Positions 22,701 through 31,925 of a stretch of 64,000 nucleotides of DNA are shown here, piece after piece. Both the position numbers and the translations under genes were made by a program. Numbering within the stretch: position 1 is the stretch's first letter; each line of letters begins with the position of its first letter. Source of the stretch: a virus (lineage: Duplodnaviria; Caudoviricetes); the IMG/VR virus record IMGVR_UViG_3300033120_000804, positions 1 through 64,000 of that record; one strand, given 5' to 3'. The notes under the pieces are model-generated. The model worked only from the letters and a program-made list of their open reading frames with translations. It was not told the DNA's origin and made no database searches.

Positions 22701-24973
22701 TAAAATCAAGTTTAATTAGTAAATCAAATGGCACTATTAATAATGATAGCTCAGAAAATGCATTTAATAAAAATATATTATCTGATGTAATTAAGAAATC
22801 ATATGAAAATATGGAATTTCTTTATGGCGATACTTTAGGAAGTTATTTAAAATCTAATAAAAAACTATCAGAAGACTTTCAAACATTGTTTTCTTCTACT
22901 AAAGGTTCTGTTTATATCAAAGTTGAAACAGCTAATGGTAAAACATTTCCATTAAGATTAAAAAGTAGTAAAGTGAGTGAGTCAGAAGCTGAATTAATCT
23001 ATTCACTGTATATAACTATAATGAAAGACTTTAGTTATTTAAATAAACCAGTTAATACTAAACTAGAAAATGATATATCTCTTGGAGATACCATTAGGTC
23101 AAGTGATCAAGCTATTATAAAAGGCCTTAATAATTATTTAAATTTTGATAAGATTACATATAACCAATTATTAAATCACCTAATCTTTGAAGGTAAAACA
23201 ACTGCTAATAAAAAAGAATCTAGATTAATGCTAATGCCTTCTCAAGAAATAGAAGGTAAAAAAATACCACCTACTCTTGTATTTGGGGAAAATAGGTTAG
23301 CTTTAAAAGAATTATTATTAGATGACAATAAAACTAAATTTATTGGGAATTTAACTGCTAATAGAAATAGACAAATAGATATTAATTACTTAGGTGATAA
23401 TACTTATAAAGAATACATTGATGTAAATAAAATAGTTACTACTAATATTATTCCTTCTGATACAGGAGTTATATTTATTCAACCTGTAATTGAATATAAT
23501 GATAATTTAGTACCATTTAAAGAAGAAATTAATGAAAAGGAGGTATTTATTCCAAAAGAAAATTTAATACCTTCAGAAGAGCTAGATGAGGGTTCTGATT
23601 TATCTGCTTTGATTTTGAAAGCTTTAGAAAAAAATAAAGTAAATTCTTTAGGTTCAAAAGAGGAAAGTACTAATTCATTTTTAGACAATATAAATAACAT
23701 TGCAGAAGATGCTAAAGAAGATGGGGAAACTCCATTATTTAGTAAAATAAATAATTCTACTAAAATTACTTCTTTAACTGAAGATTTAGTAAATAAAATA
23801 ATAGAAGATCCAAATACTAAGTTATTAGATTTAAATAATCTAATAGAAAATTTAGTAGAAAAGGGTAAAATAAGATCTCGTAATAGTATTATAAGCAAAA
23901 CTGAAAGAAAAACAATAAACTTTTTAAATAAATTAGGAATTAGTGATTATACAAATGAGTATAACTTATCAGATAAAGATTTAAAAAAATATTATTTAGA
24001 TCTACTTGATAAGATAACTCCATTTATAAAAGATACTAAAATTTATTCATACAAAGATTCTAGAATTGGTTTAATTACTGGTGCAACTAAACAAGCTGGT
24101 TTTGCTACATATTCTAATAAAATATATTTAGGAGATATAGTAGGTTTAAATTTAAAAACTTTAGTACATGAATTAATGCATTCTGTTACCCAACATGCTT
24201 TAAATGAAAAAAGTAGTTTATATGATAGTAAATTTCATAATAACATTAAAGACCTTTTAAAAATAGCTAAAGAAAATATTAAAGAAAATTATTATGGTTT
24301 AAGTAATGAACACGAATTAATTGCAGAAGCTTTTTCAAATCCTGAATTTCAAGTAGCACTTAGTAAAGTAAAAACTGGTAAAAAGGGTAGTTCTTCTAAT
24401 ATATTTCTGGATATACTTAATGAAATATCTAAATTTTTCAAAAAAGTTTTTAAATTAGATATAAACTCTACATTATTGGAGGATATATTTGATGCAGTTG
24501 GAAATAAATTAGAAAATACTACTGATATAAGTACTAGTCAGCAAAATAGTAATGTTGAATTTTCGTTAATTAATTCTAAGAAAGAAATAGTAGATTTTGC
24601 TAAAGGTAAATCAATTAATTATCAAATTAATAGTGCAAATACTGAAATCTTAGTTCCTTATTCTAAATTTAATAAATCTATTGCTTATAATATTGCTAAA
24701 AAAATGGTTACTAAAATTAATAAAGAATATCCTGGAGCAGCTTCTTTAAATACTGCTTATAGTACTGGAGCAGCTGTTAATATACATCCTAAGCAACTCA
24801 AAGCAGATGAGGTAGTAAACAATCCATTTCAAAGAGATTTAAGTTATTATAAAGGAGATATAGCATTAATGGAGCAAGAAGAAGGATTTAATTTCACAAA
24901 ATATGAAATAACTCCTGAAGAATGGGTATCTTTGACAAAAGAGGAGAAAAGTAAAATTATTAAATGTAAATAA
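19727..24973 (+). CDS. giant ejection protein with membrane-like N-terminal region and zincin metallopeptidase motif
   Basis: Hydrophobic Gly/Ala segments and EG.EE..Q; HELMH (24167-24181) plus downstream ELIAEAFSNPEFQ. Confidence 0.7.
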   Translation: MAKQNNDHDRIKELWNSSLDEVNSTQNVGSTSVVAGSLKKHIDHIKAETDLNWYPEEGYDALKDKIKLADFNEGKRKAEEQGFFGEAAGFLAQGTSEIVLGTLEGVGYLVDDVFNAVSGGEKDYSNWFSDAMSGANDWVKENAPIYQDPLNQERSTWQNMIHGDGWWAQNGVSLASAVSLMIPVAGAARALGFVGKAGKVLGTAGKVGKLGKVGKIITTPINLVDDVGRTMGFETQLGKQITNGISKSIISRHLENNIEAADVFKQKYDEYINLGMSQEDAKKHAGAAASFTYNAGWANIWQDALQYTLLAKGFNISKGITSTKLAKATGSSTAKALTYNMGRKGLEFATEGMEEAYQFIIAEEGKHLADVQAGLVNPDESTLSDRLKKYSEDSELWTSAFFGGLGGNIFSTALPAINKLTDKLGSDAESKLDENQSRLKEILTWKERESQAIRDYFESQQIDDEKGFEIAKTKMSFNTGVRAAMEGNWAIRKGQLEDLKKATPEEVAQTLNIPIEAVDDYIANIDNHIKTSEEAAKLYASNVNKYGESTAYQVSYLQHMTNHYNNKIPELGKVIEDEIQKVPGVNNLTPQGKQMFNSRLTTLAAKKVIDYNNNLINKKKELSETDKEYYKKRNNYLDSIIESNNQTIEEAKTLGVLSPNDRIALSYLNGGVTDELVNASIEKELAEMYVDKWLEDIDSLTSKDAQNKIKAKQEEVSKKQQDKIRKETNKQNAEAANQKANKIPDYKPTVDLEEAEIGSQEQESKPVDFKDLHKLIEEGQVNTNQLDDSVLEAYSSWKEQNINISEDVIANEENVTSNLNTIETQVSDNIEDYIKGSDDISTVTQVSTPLAYLSVNNSRATEEDKTPENIALSNFLESGESINDIDIVFEIDFDFLNKENPKGWKTKPIDTILNSLNNNKPLTTEQLEVLPIKGMFYKNDKPFIYNDIHLRMHIHEADFFRRIPNASAEFQIEKSLQHKQLILDAYYNKQKLKSSLISKSNGTINNDSSENAFNKNILSDVIKKSYENMEFLYGDTLGSYLKSNKKLSEDFQTLFSSTKGSVYIKVETANGKTFPLRLKSSKVSESEAELIYSLYITIMKDFSYLNKPVNTKLENDISLGDTIRSSDQAIIKGLNNYLNFDKITYNQLLNHLIFEGKTTANKKESRLMLMPSQEIEGKKIPPTLVFGENRLALKELLLDDNKTKFIGNLTANRNRQIDINYLGDNTYKEYIDVNKIVTTNIIPSDTGVIFIQPVIEYNDNLVPFKEEINEKEVFIPKENLIPSEELDEGSDLSALILKALEKNKVNSLGSKEESTNSFLDNINNIAEDAKEDGETPLFSKINNSTKITSLTEDLVNKIIEDPNTKLLDLNNLIENLVEKGKIRSRNSIISKTERKTINFLNKLGISDYTNEYNLSDKDLKKYYLDLLDKITPFIKDTKIYSYKDSRIGLITGATKQAGFATYSNKIYLGDIVGLNLKTLVHELMHSVTQHALNEKSSLYDSKFHNNIKDLLKIAKENIKENYYGLSNEHELIAEAFSNPEFQVALSKVKTGKKGSSSNIFLDILNEISKFFKKVFKLDINSTLLEDIFDAVGNKLENTTDISTSQQNSNVEFSLINSKKEIVDFAKGKSINYQINSANTEILVPYSKFNKSIAYNIAKKMVTKINKEYPGAASLNTAYSTGAAVNIHPKQLKADEVVNNPFQRDLSYYKGDIALMEQEEGFNFTKYEITPEEWVSLTKEEKSKIIKCK

Positions 24974-27900
24974 TGGAAAATTGTATTAACCGCAGTCTGC
25001 CTGAGTTCTTACAGATTCAAAAAGAAACAGGATTAAATTCTACTATACTAGCAGCTAAAATATCTTTATGGCAAGATACTAATGGACTGGATAAATTTCC
25101 TACTATAGAAGAATTAAATCTACAGGAATTCTATGACAATAGTCTAAAGAGTCATCCAGAATTATCAGATATACAAACTAATGAAATAATATCTAATTTA
25201 TGTTTTATTGCTTTGTATGACATTACAGAACTAAAAAATATAGTAGATCAATTAGATTTAAGTAAAGTAGAGAAACAATTGGCAATGAGACTTAAATCAT
25301 TTTTAGCTGATACCAATCTGTCTGAAGAAATTAAACAGGAATATGTTCAGAGATTTCAATATATTTTAAATGATCAAGGTAAACTTCATAGTTTTTGGAA
25401 AAATAGAATATTTAGTTATATTGAGACTAATTTTAAAATCCAAAATCTAAGTTCTATTGATTATACAGATGAAGATTTATTAGAAGATAGTGATGCATCG
25501 GATGGTAGTAATGCTATTTTTGAAGCACAATCTCATGAAACATCTAGTTACTTAAAGGCTACTCCTAATATTAAATATATTATTGGAACTATTCCTGATA
25601 TAAAAGAGTATAAAGATGGTAAAGTAATATATAATAATGGAGATTTCTTAGGATTACCTCTATTAAAAGATCCTAAAACTGTTTGGAGTTCTGTATCTAA
25701 TTCAGTATATGAAATAGTACAACATAAAAATGAAGAAGGAGTATTACAAGATCCTTATAGTTTAATGATTAGTAAACTAAAAGCACAAATCAAATACAAA
25801 CCAGAATTAGGATTCTTAGCAGATAAAGTATCTAAAATGGACACTATAGTTAAAACTCAATTTGTCAATACATTCTTACAACAAAAAGGAAGATATATTG
25901 ATCATATCATTGCAGGGAATGCGGGTGCACCTATATCTAAAATTACTGATTCTAATACTGAAAGTAGAGATACTAATATATTAAATCAATGGAATTCATT
26001 ATTTATCAAAAAATATAGTATAGGAGATAAATATAATTCAGAAATACTATCTAAATTAAAAGATGCTATTAGGGATTATGATACTATATTTAAAGAAGAA
26101 ATTAAGGCAGGTAATATTACTAATAGGAGTTTTAGCAAATTAAATACTATTTTTAATAGTTTAGGAATTAATCTAAATCCAAATACTATTCCTTATATTT
26201 TAGAAACTAAATATAATAATATATCACAAGCTACGCTTCCTTTAGCTTTAAGAAATCTTACCTTAGATTTATATAATGCATTAACTCAATTAAAAAATTT
26301 AAATGCAGATACAGAAATCACATCTAAAACTAATTTACTATTAAATAATAAATCATTTTTTAAAGAAATACTAGCTAATTCTGAAGCTTATTTTACTAAA
26401 GTAGGTGGAGAGGATATGTTTAAAGGCCCAGAAGGTAATAAGACTTATCTAATGCAAAACCATTCTACAATGTCTATTAAAATGTCTGAGTGGAAAAATA
26501 ATGATTTTGAGTATTTAAATGACCTAAAACAAAATGATTATTCATCTAATTCTTATTGGTTAAATCAATTATTAGATAACAATAACTCATTAAGAAAAGA
26601 TTTTATTCTTACTCCTTATGGCAACTTTAGATATAATACTGAAGATAATAATACATTTGGAGATAAAGCCTCTAATCTAAAACCTATTGATTCTTATATA
26701 GATCAATTCAACAAACAATTAAATGGTTATTTTATTGGTCTAGCTGAAGCAGATAAAGGACAACAAACTTATATCAAAGGACCTAAACTAGTTGAAGGTG
26801 AAATAACTTATGATGCTACAACAGATAATATACATTTAAATAGAGATATAACAGATATTACTACTATTTTATCTGGTTATCTTTTAGGCGAATTAAGAAG
26901 AATGCGTACTGCTTGGGAAGCAATGTATGGAGAAAATAAATTAAAAGATGAAAAATTAACTTTATACTACCATTATGTAGAAGGCAAAGATGGAGTAAAG
27001 CTTCCTGGGAATGCATTTAATAGTTTTATATTTCCTAATATCAATTTAATTGAATTAGGTTTAAAAAATGAGGATACAGATATTCCTGGAGAAATACTAC
27101 TAGATAAATTAAATATTACTACTCTACTTAATAATTCATTAGTAACAGATTATATTAATGAAGTTATTATAAATAATATCAAAGCTAATTTACAAATAGC
27201 ATTAGATAATGAATTAATATCTAAAAGAGTAGAAACTTCTACTACTGGAACTACTATTACAAAATATACTAATAGATGGATTGATTCTAATTATTTAAAT
27301 AAATATAATTATTATTTAGATCCTTCTGTACAATCTTCAGCTATAGTATCATCTATTGCAGATTATACTATTAACTCTATTATAGGTAATATTGAACAAA
27401 CAATGTTATTTAATGGAGATCCTGCTTTATATAAAGTAAAATATGCTACAGAAGAAATAGAAGAAAAAGGTGTAAAAAAGAAAGTTCAAAAACAATGGAT
27501 TGAGCAAGATATATTTGCAGACTTTAAAAAACGTATACCTGCAATTGGAGCCAATGGTAAACTATTTAGAATATATAATGATGAAAATGGTATTCCAGTA
27601 GTCAGATCTCATTATACATCAGCTACTATTGCCAATATTAATGTTAGTTCTTCTGTATTTGGAAACCCAGATAAAAAAGGGGAGTTTAATGAAGATGTAA
27701 TCAAGAATATCGCTGAATATACCAATACTCCAATTGAAGAAGTTAAAACACTTTTAAAACCATATTTAAATATAAATCAAACTGATGCTCAAGCTTGGAT
27801 AACATTAGATGTTTATAAAGAGAGAATGTTAGGTTTAGGTAAATGGACAGAAGAACATGAAATTTCCTTTGATAAAATAAAAAAAGGAGAAACATTATCA

Positions 27901-29583
27901 TTTAAAGATAAATCTATTTTAGCACAACCATTAAAAACTGTACATGTAGAGTTAAAAAAGAATTCTCAGAATACAATGATAATGCATTATAATAAGCAGT
28001 CTGAAGCAGTATTACTTCCATTCTTAACCAAAGGTACAGAATTAGATAACCTTAGATTGGCTATGGAAAGCCAAAAAGTTGATCATATAATTGTACTAGA
28101 TGGTAAAAAAGTAGGTGCTTCAGGTATTACTAATATTCTGGACGAACAAGGAAAAATTAAACCTAGTTCTGATATTATATTTAATTCTACTAATTTATCT
28201 TATAGAGGTTTATTTCTACAACAAGATTTACCTCCTCACGGTATAGATAGTAGACTAGTTGGTAGCCAAGCTGTTAAAAATGTAATGAGTGTTGTATCTA
28301 AAGATGAAATAGGTCTTAAATTAGTAGATCAATACCATTCAGTAATATCTAAGTTATCTGATAGAGGTTTACTTAAAATTAAATCTGTATTAGGATATGA
28401 TCCAGTATTAAAATTTACTGAAGATTCTAATGGAAAGTCAAGATTTTTTGATACTCTTCATAAAGAATTCTATAATGACTTATCAGATAACTATTTAATT
28501 GGTTTAAAAAAGAAATATCCTATTGATGCATTACCATTAAGAAATAAGATCCAGAATAAACTACATGCTCTTATTACTAAATCGGCTGTTAAACTACAGC
28601 AATTAGGAGGAGCATTAATTCAAATATCAGATTTAGGATTAATAGGCGTTGAAGTAGATATGAATACTCCAGTTAAAGATGGTATTATTTGGTTTAAAAA
28701 TCCTACAGAAAAACTTAAAGCAATGAGTATTAATGAAAAAGGTGTTAAACCTGCTCAAATATTAATGCCTTATGCTAAAATGATGCAAGATCCTAGAATT
28801 AATCTTATTATTAAAAATAAATTTGGAGTAAATTCATATAAAGAATTAAGTGCTAATCAAATTAAAGAATTAATTTCATCTAAAGTATTAGAAGGATTAT
28901 CTTACCGTATTCCTAATCAAGGTCCTTCATCTAATGATGCTTTTGAAATAGTAGGTATATTACCCCCAGAAATGGGAGATAGTATTGTATCATTCTCTGA
29001 TATTACTACTAAAACTGGATCTGATTTTGATATTGATAAAAGTTTTATTATTCTACCTAATTATCATTTTGATGCAAAAGCTAATAAAATTAGATATGTA
29101 GAGTATGATCCTTTAAATGAAACCAAAGAAGGTTTAGAAAATAGACGTTTAGAGCTCATGAGAGAAATGCTAATGCGCCCTGAAGCATATTTATCAGTAA
29201 TGGCTCCATTAGATGATCCTTGGTTAGAAAATGTAGCTAAAGATTTATTTCCTGAATCACTAAATAACAATGATTTACAATTTTTCAATGGAGTAGAACA
29301 GTTAAGTAATAAGATATTATTTGATAATGCTAAATCATTAGTAGGTACTATTGCAAATCATATGAGTAACCATTCTTTATTTTTACATGAAGATATTGGA
29401 TTCAATGATTATTACTTAGGAAAAGGAATTAAAACAGGTGCTGTAGAAAAAATTGAAAATAATGATGTATCTTTGTCAGAAGATAAATGGGAATTAATTG
29501 TAAGTAAAGATGATTCAATGACAAAAGATACTTGGGAAAGTTTATCCAACAAAGAAAAAAATAAAATCTTAGAATGTTTATAA
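24973..29583 (+). CDS. virion RNA polymerase, catalytic (N-terminal) part
   Basis: NQTDAQ, YRIPNQ and GSDFDIDK (DFDID at 29023-29037) motifs of crAss-like two-barrel RNA polymerases. Confidence 0.9.
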   Translation: MENCINRSLPEFLQIQKETGLNSTILAAKISLWQDTNGLDKFPTIEELNLQEFYDNSLKSHPELSDIQTNEIISNLCFIALYDITELKNIVDQLDLSKVEKQLAMRLKSFLADTNLSEEIKQEYVQRFQYILNDQGKLHSFWKNRIFSYIETNFKIQNLSSIDYTDEDLLEDSDASDGSNAIFEAQSHETSSYLKATPNIKYIIGTIPDIKEYKDGKVIYNNGDFLGLPLLKDPKTVWSSVSNSVYEIVQHKNEEGVLQDPYSLMISKLKAQIKYKPELGFLADKVSKMDTIVKTQFVNTFLQQKGRYIDHIIAGNAGAPISKITDSNTESRDTNILNQWNSLFIKKYSIGDKYNSEILSKLKDAIRDYDTIFKEEIKAGNITNRSFSKLNTIFNSLGINLNPNTIPYILETKYNNISQATLPLALRNLTLDLYNALTQLKNLNADTEITSKTNLLLNNKSFFKEILANSEAYFTKVGGEDMFKGPEGNKTYLMQNHSTMSIKMSEWKNNDFEYLNDLKQNDYSSNSYWLNQLLDNNNSLRKDFILTPYGNFRYNTEDNNTFGDKASNLKPIDSYIDQFNKQLNGYFIGLAEADKGQQTYIKGPKLVEGEITYDATTDNIHLNRDITDITTILSGYLLGELRRMRTAWEAMYGENKLKDEKLTLYYHYVEGKDGVKLPGNAFNSFIFPNINLIELGLKNEDTDIPGEILLDKLNITTLLNNSLVTDYINEVIINNIKANLQIALDNELISKRVETSTTGTTITKYTNRWIDSNYLNKYNYYLDPSVQSSAIVSSIADYTINSIIGNIEQTMLFNGDPALYKVKYATEEIEEKGVKKKVQKQWIEQDIFADFKKRIPAIGANGKLFRIYNDENGIPVVRSHYTSATIANINVSSSVFGNPDKKGEFNEDVIKNIAEYTNTPIEEVKTLLKPYLNINQTDAQAWITLDVYKERMLGLGKWTEEHEISFDKIKKGETLSFKDKSILAQPLKTVHVELKKNSQNTMIMHYNKQSEAVLLPFLTKGTELDNLRLAMESQKVDHIIVLDGKKVGASGITNILDEQGKIKPSSDIIFNSTNLSYRGLFLQQDLPPHGIDSRLVGSQAVKNVMSVVSKDEIGLKLVDQYHSVISKLSDRGLLKIKSVLGYDPVLKFTEDSNGKSRFFDTLHKEFYNDLSDNYLIGLKKKYPIDALPLRNKIQNKLHALITKSAVKLQQLGGALIQISDLGLIGVEVDMNTPVKDGIIWFKNPTEKLKAMSINEKGVKPAQILMPYAKMMQDPRINLIIKNKFGVNSYKELSANQIKELISSKVLEGLSYRIPNQGPSSNDAFEIVGILPPEMGDSIVSFSDITTKTGSDFDIDKSFIILPNYHFDAKANKIRYVEYDPLNETKEGLENRRLELMREMLMRPEAYLSVMAPLDDPWLENVAKDLFPESLNNNDLQFFNGVEQLSNKILFDNAKSLVGTIANHMSNHSLFLHEDIGFNDYYLGKGIKTGAVEKIENNDVSLSEDKWELIVSKDDSMTKDTWESLSNKEKNKILECL

Positions 29584-29584
29584 T

Positions 29585-29938
29585 ATGAAAATACAAGAAA
29601 TCTTAACAATGCTATTTGAAATTGAAATAGTAGCTCATGTAGCACATTTACAAACTACATCTTATGCAAAACATATGGCTTTAGATCAATTATACAATGA
29701 TATTGTAGAACACAGAGATACACTTGCAGAAGCTTGGCAAGGAGAATATGGTATAGTATCTGGATATGGTGATTTAAGTTTTAAAGAAGGGACTGATATT
29801 GTAAAATATTTAGGAGAGTGTTGTAAATCATTAGATACATTTAAAAAAGAAGTAGATGAGTCTTACATTCAACAAATACTAGATAATGTAAGTGAACTTT
29901 TGTATAAAGTTAAATACAAACTTGTAAATCTTAAATAA
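29585..29938 (+). CDS. ferritin/Dps-like four-helix protein (DUF5856-like)
   Basis: H.AHLQT.SYA.H.AL..LY, D.LAE.WQG.YG and YKL..L motifs. Confidence 0.75.
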   Translation: MKIQEILTMLFEIEIVAHVAHLQTTSYAKHMALDQLYNDIVEHRDTLAEAWQGEYGIVSGYGDLSFKEGTDIVKYLGECCKSLDTFKKEVDESYIQQILDNVSELLYKVKYKLVNLK

Positions 29939-31923
29939 TGGCTTATTGTATTGATATAAATCATTTTAAAGTAAAAGAATTAGCAGAACAACTAAATTTA
30001 CCAAGAATAGTAACTGCTGCTAAAATAGCATTGTGGCAAGAAGAAAATAATAATTTTGATCTATTTCCTGAAATAGAAGATTTATCTACTACTAAAGTTA
30101 AAGAAATTAATCAAAATAATACTTTACTATCTAATAGATTTGACGAGTCTGGAAATAAAATAGAAAATACATTAGGTGCTTTCATGAATGCTATTGTAGA
30201 TGCTGCTAAAGATCCTTATATTTCTAGAGCTAATATTAATCAATTTACAGCTGGAACTGCTTTTATGTTAGCTAGAGCTGGAGTAGATAGAGAATGGATT
30301 GTATCATTTATTGGCCAACCCATACTTAAAGATTTATATTTAGAAACTCAAAAAGCAGAAAGTGAAGCATCTAGTGAAAAAAGAGATGATAAAGGAAAAA
30401 AATTAAAACCCTTAGATATAATAATTAAAAAATACAAAGGACAAGATTTTGTTAAGGAGCAATTAAAGAGTTATAAATTAAAAAAAGATAAATTAGGTAA
30501 TATTATATTATCTACAGAAGAACTAATATCTTCTATTAAAGAACCTGATTTAGATAATTCAGACTTTGTTAATAGACAACTTGAAGTTTTAAATCAGTTT
30601 ATTGAATGGCAAGGTAAATCAAGAGAATTAAATGATTTATTAAAATTAACTAAGGTAGATGTAGATGGCGCATTTAGAAATTTAAATAGAGTAAATTTAT
30701 ATTTAAAACTATATAATAATGTAGTAGGTAATAATAAATTTATTGGTATTGATAATATTCTAGGAGTTAATCCAGAGTCTAAAAATATGATTGCCACCTA
30801 TATTAAGAATGGGCCTAAAGCTGCTAGAGAAATGTATGGAAGTATGTTTTTAGAAGCAACTCCTGCATTTGATAACTTAACTGATCAAGTATTAAAATCA
30901 GCAGGTTACTTAGATCTAGGTATGACTAAGAAAAACGAAATGCTCTTAGATTGGATTAGTAATGAAGTCTATGCTTATACAATTGCTAATACAGATTACT
31001 TTAATATAGAACAAGATCAATTAAAAGAAATCTTTTTTGGTTCTAAAAGCTCTCTTGATTTAGGGGAAGAAATAATTAAATATAGAAAAGATAATCCTAA
31101 TATATTATTAGATTCTTTAAATATAGAAATATCAAGTAAGGATTTAACTAATGGAGAATTTCTTAAAACACCTTGCAAAATAACTTTAGATAATAATGAT
31201 CAAGTAAAACAATTACAAAATCAGTTTTATAAAGAATGGGAAAAATTATATTATGATAATCCTACACTTGGTAAGAAATTAGTACAGTACGCATTTTACT
31301 CATCTGGATTCTATTCTAAGAATAGTTTACAAGATCATATTCCTTTGAATATCCTAAATTCAACAGGTTATTTTGATGATTTTACAGATAGTAGAAAATT
31401 CTATTCCAAAAATCAATTTGCTTTAGATGCTTCATTAGATACTATTTATAAAAATCTATATTATATCAATGAGTTAGTACCTAAAATTAACCTAGCTATT
31501 ACAAGTGCAATAGCAGATGATAAAGGTAATGTATTTGATACAAATGATGGTTTTATATTAGCTGATTTAAATCCTAGTTATATTGCTGGATTAGATAGTA
31601 ATAATTCAGTTGTATGGAAAAGATTTTTAAAGACTACTGATAACTTATATCAATGGCAAGGTTATACTGAAGATGGATTGGGAGCTGTTTATTTAAAGGT
31701 AAATAAATTAGGTTTTAATAACTTAGGTAGATCACTTAAAGAATATAATGCAAATGACTCAATTATAACTGAAAATAATATAAGTTTACCAGAAGCTTTA
31801 ATTAAAGTAGCAAGTGGATTAAGTTCTATAAAATACCCAGTAACTAAGTTTACTGAAAAAGATATTGAAAATGTAGTACAAAGTGATATTACAGAAAGAT
31901 TAAATTATTGTAAAATAGTATAA
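29938..31923 (+). CDS. virion RNA polymerase, C-terminal part
   Basis: G.KI...L..F.NA.VDAAKDP.I...N.N..T and F..QP, a block that normally follows the catalytic region within the same chain. Confidence 0.75.
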   Translation: MAYCIDINHFKVKELAEQLNLPRIVTAAKIALWQEENNNFDLFPEIEDLSTTKVKEINQNNTLLSNRFDESGNKIENTLGAFMNAIVDAAKDPYISRANINQFTAGTAFMLARAGVDREWIVSFIGQPILKDLYLETQKAESEASSEKRDDKGKKLKPLDIIIKKYKGQDFVKEQLKSYKLKKDKLGNIILSTEELISSIKEPDLDNSDFVNRQLEVLNQFIEWQGKSRELNDLLKLTKVDVDGAFRNLNRVNLYLKLYNNVVGNNKFIGIDNILGVNPESKNMIATYIKNGPKAAREMYGSMFLEATPAFDNLTDQVLKSAGYLDLGMTKKNEMLLDWISNEVYAYTIANTDYFNIEQDQLKEIFFGSKSSLDLGEEIIKYRKDNPNILLDSLNIEISSKDLTNGEFLKTPCKITLDNNDQVKQLQNQFYKEWEKLYYDNPTLGKKLVQYAFYSSGFYSKNSLQDHIPLNILNSTGYFDDFTDSRKFYSKNQFALDASLDTIYKNLYYINELVPKINLAITSAIADDKGNVFDTNDGFILADLNPSYIAGLDSNNSVVWKRFLKTTDNLYQWQGYTEDGLGAVYLKVNKLGFNNLGRSLKEYNANDSIITENNISLPEALIKVASGLSSIKYPVTKFTEKDIENVVQSDITERLNYCKIV

Positions 31924-31925
31924 GA

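Noticed and set aside
29518-30084. Split intein explanation for the RNAP break
   Set aside because: No HINT blocks: no Cys/Ser-initiated N-intein after the extein, no TxxH and no HN-[CST] junction. The Cys residues sit at the free termini.
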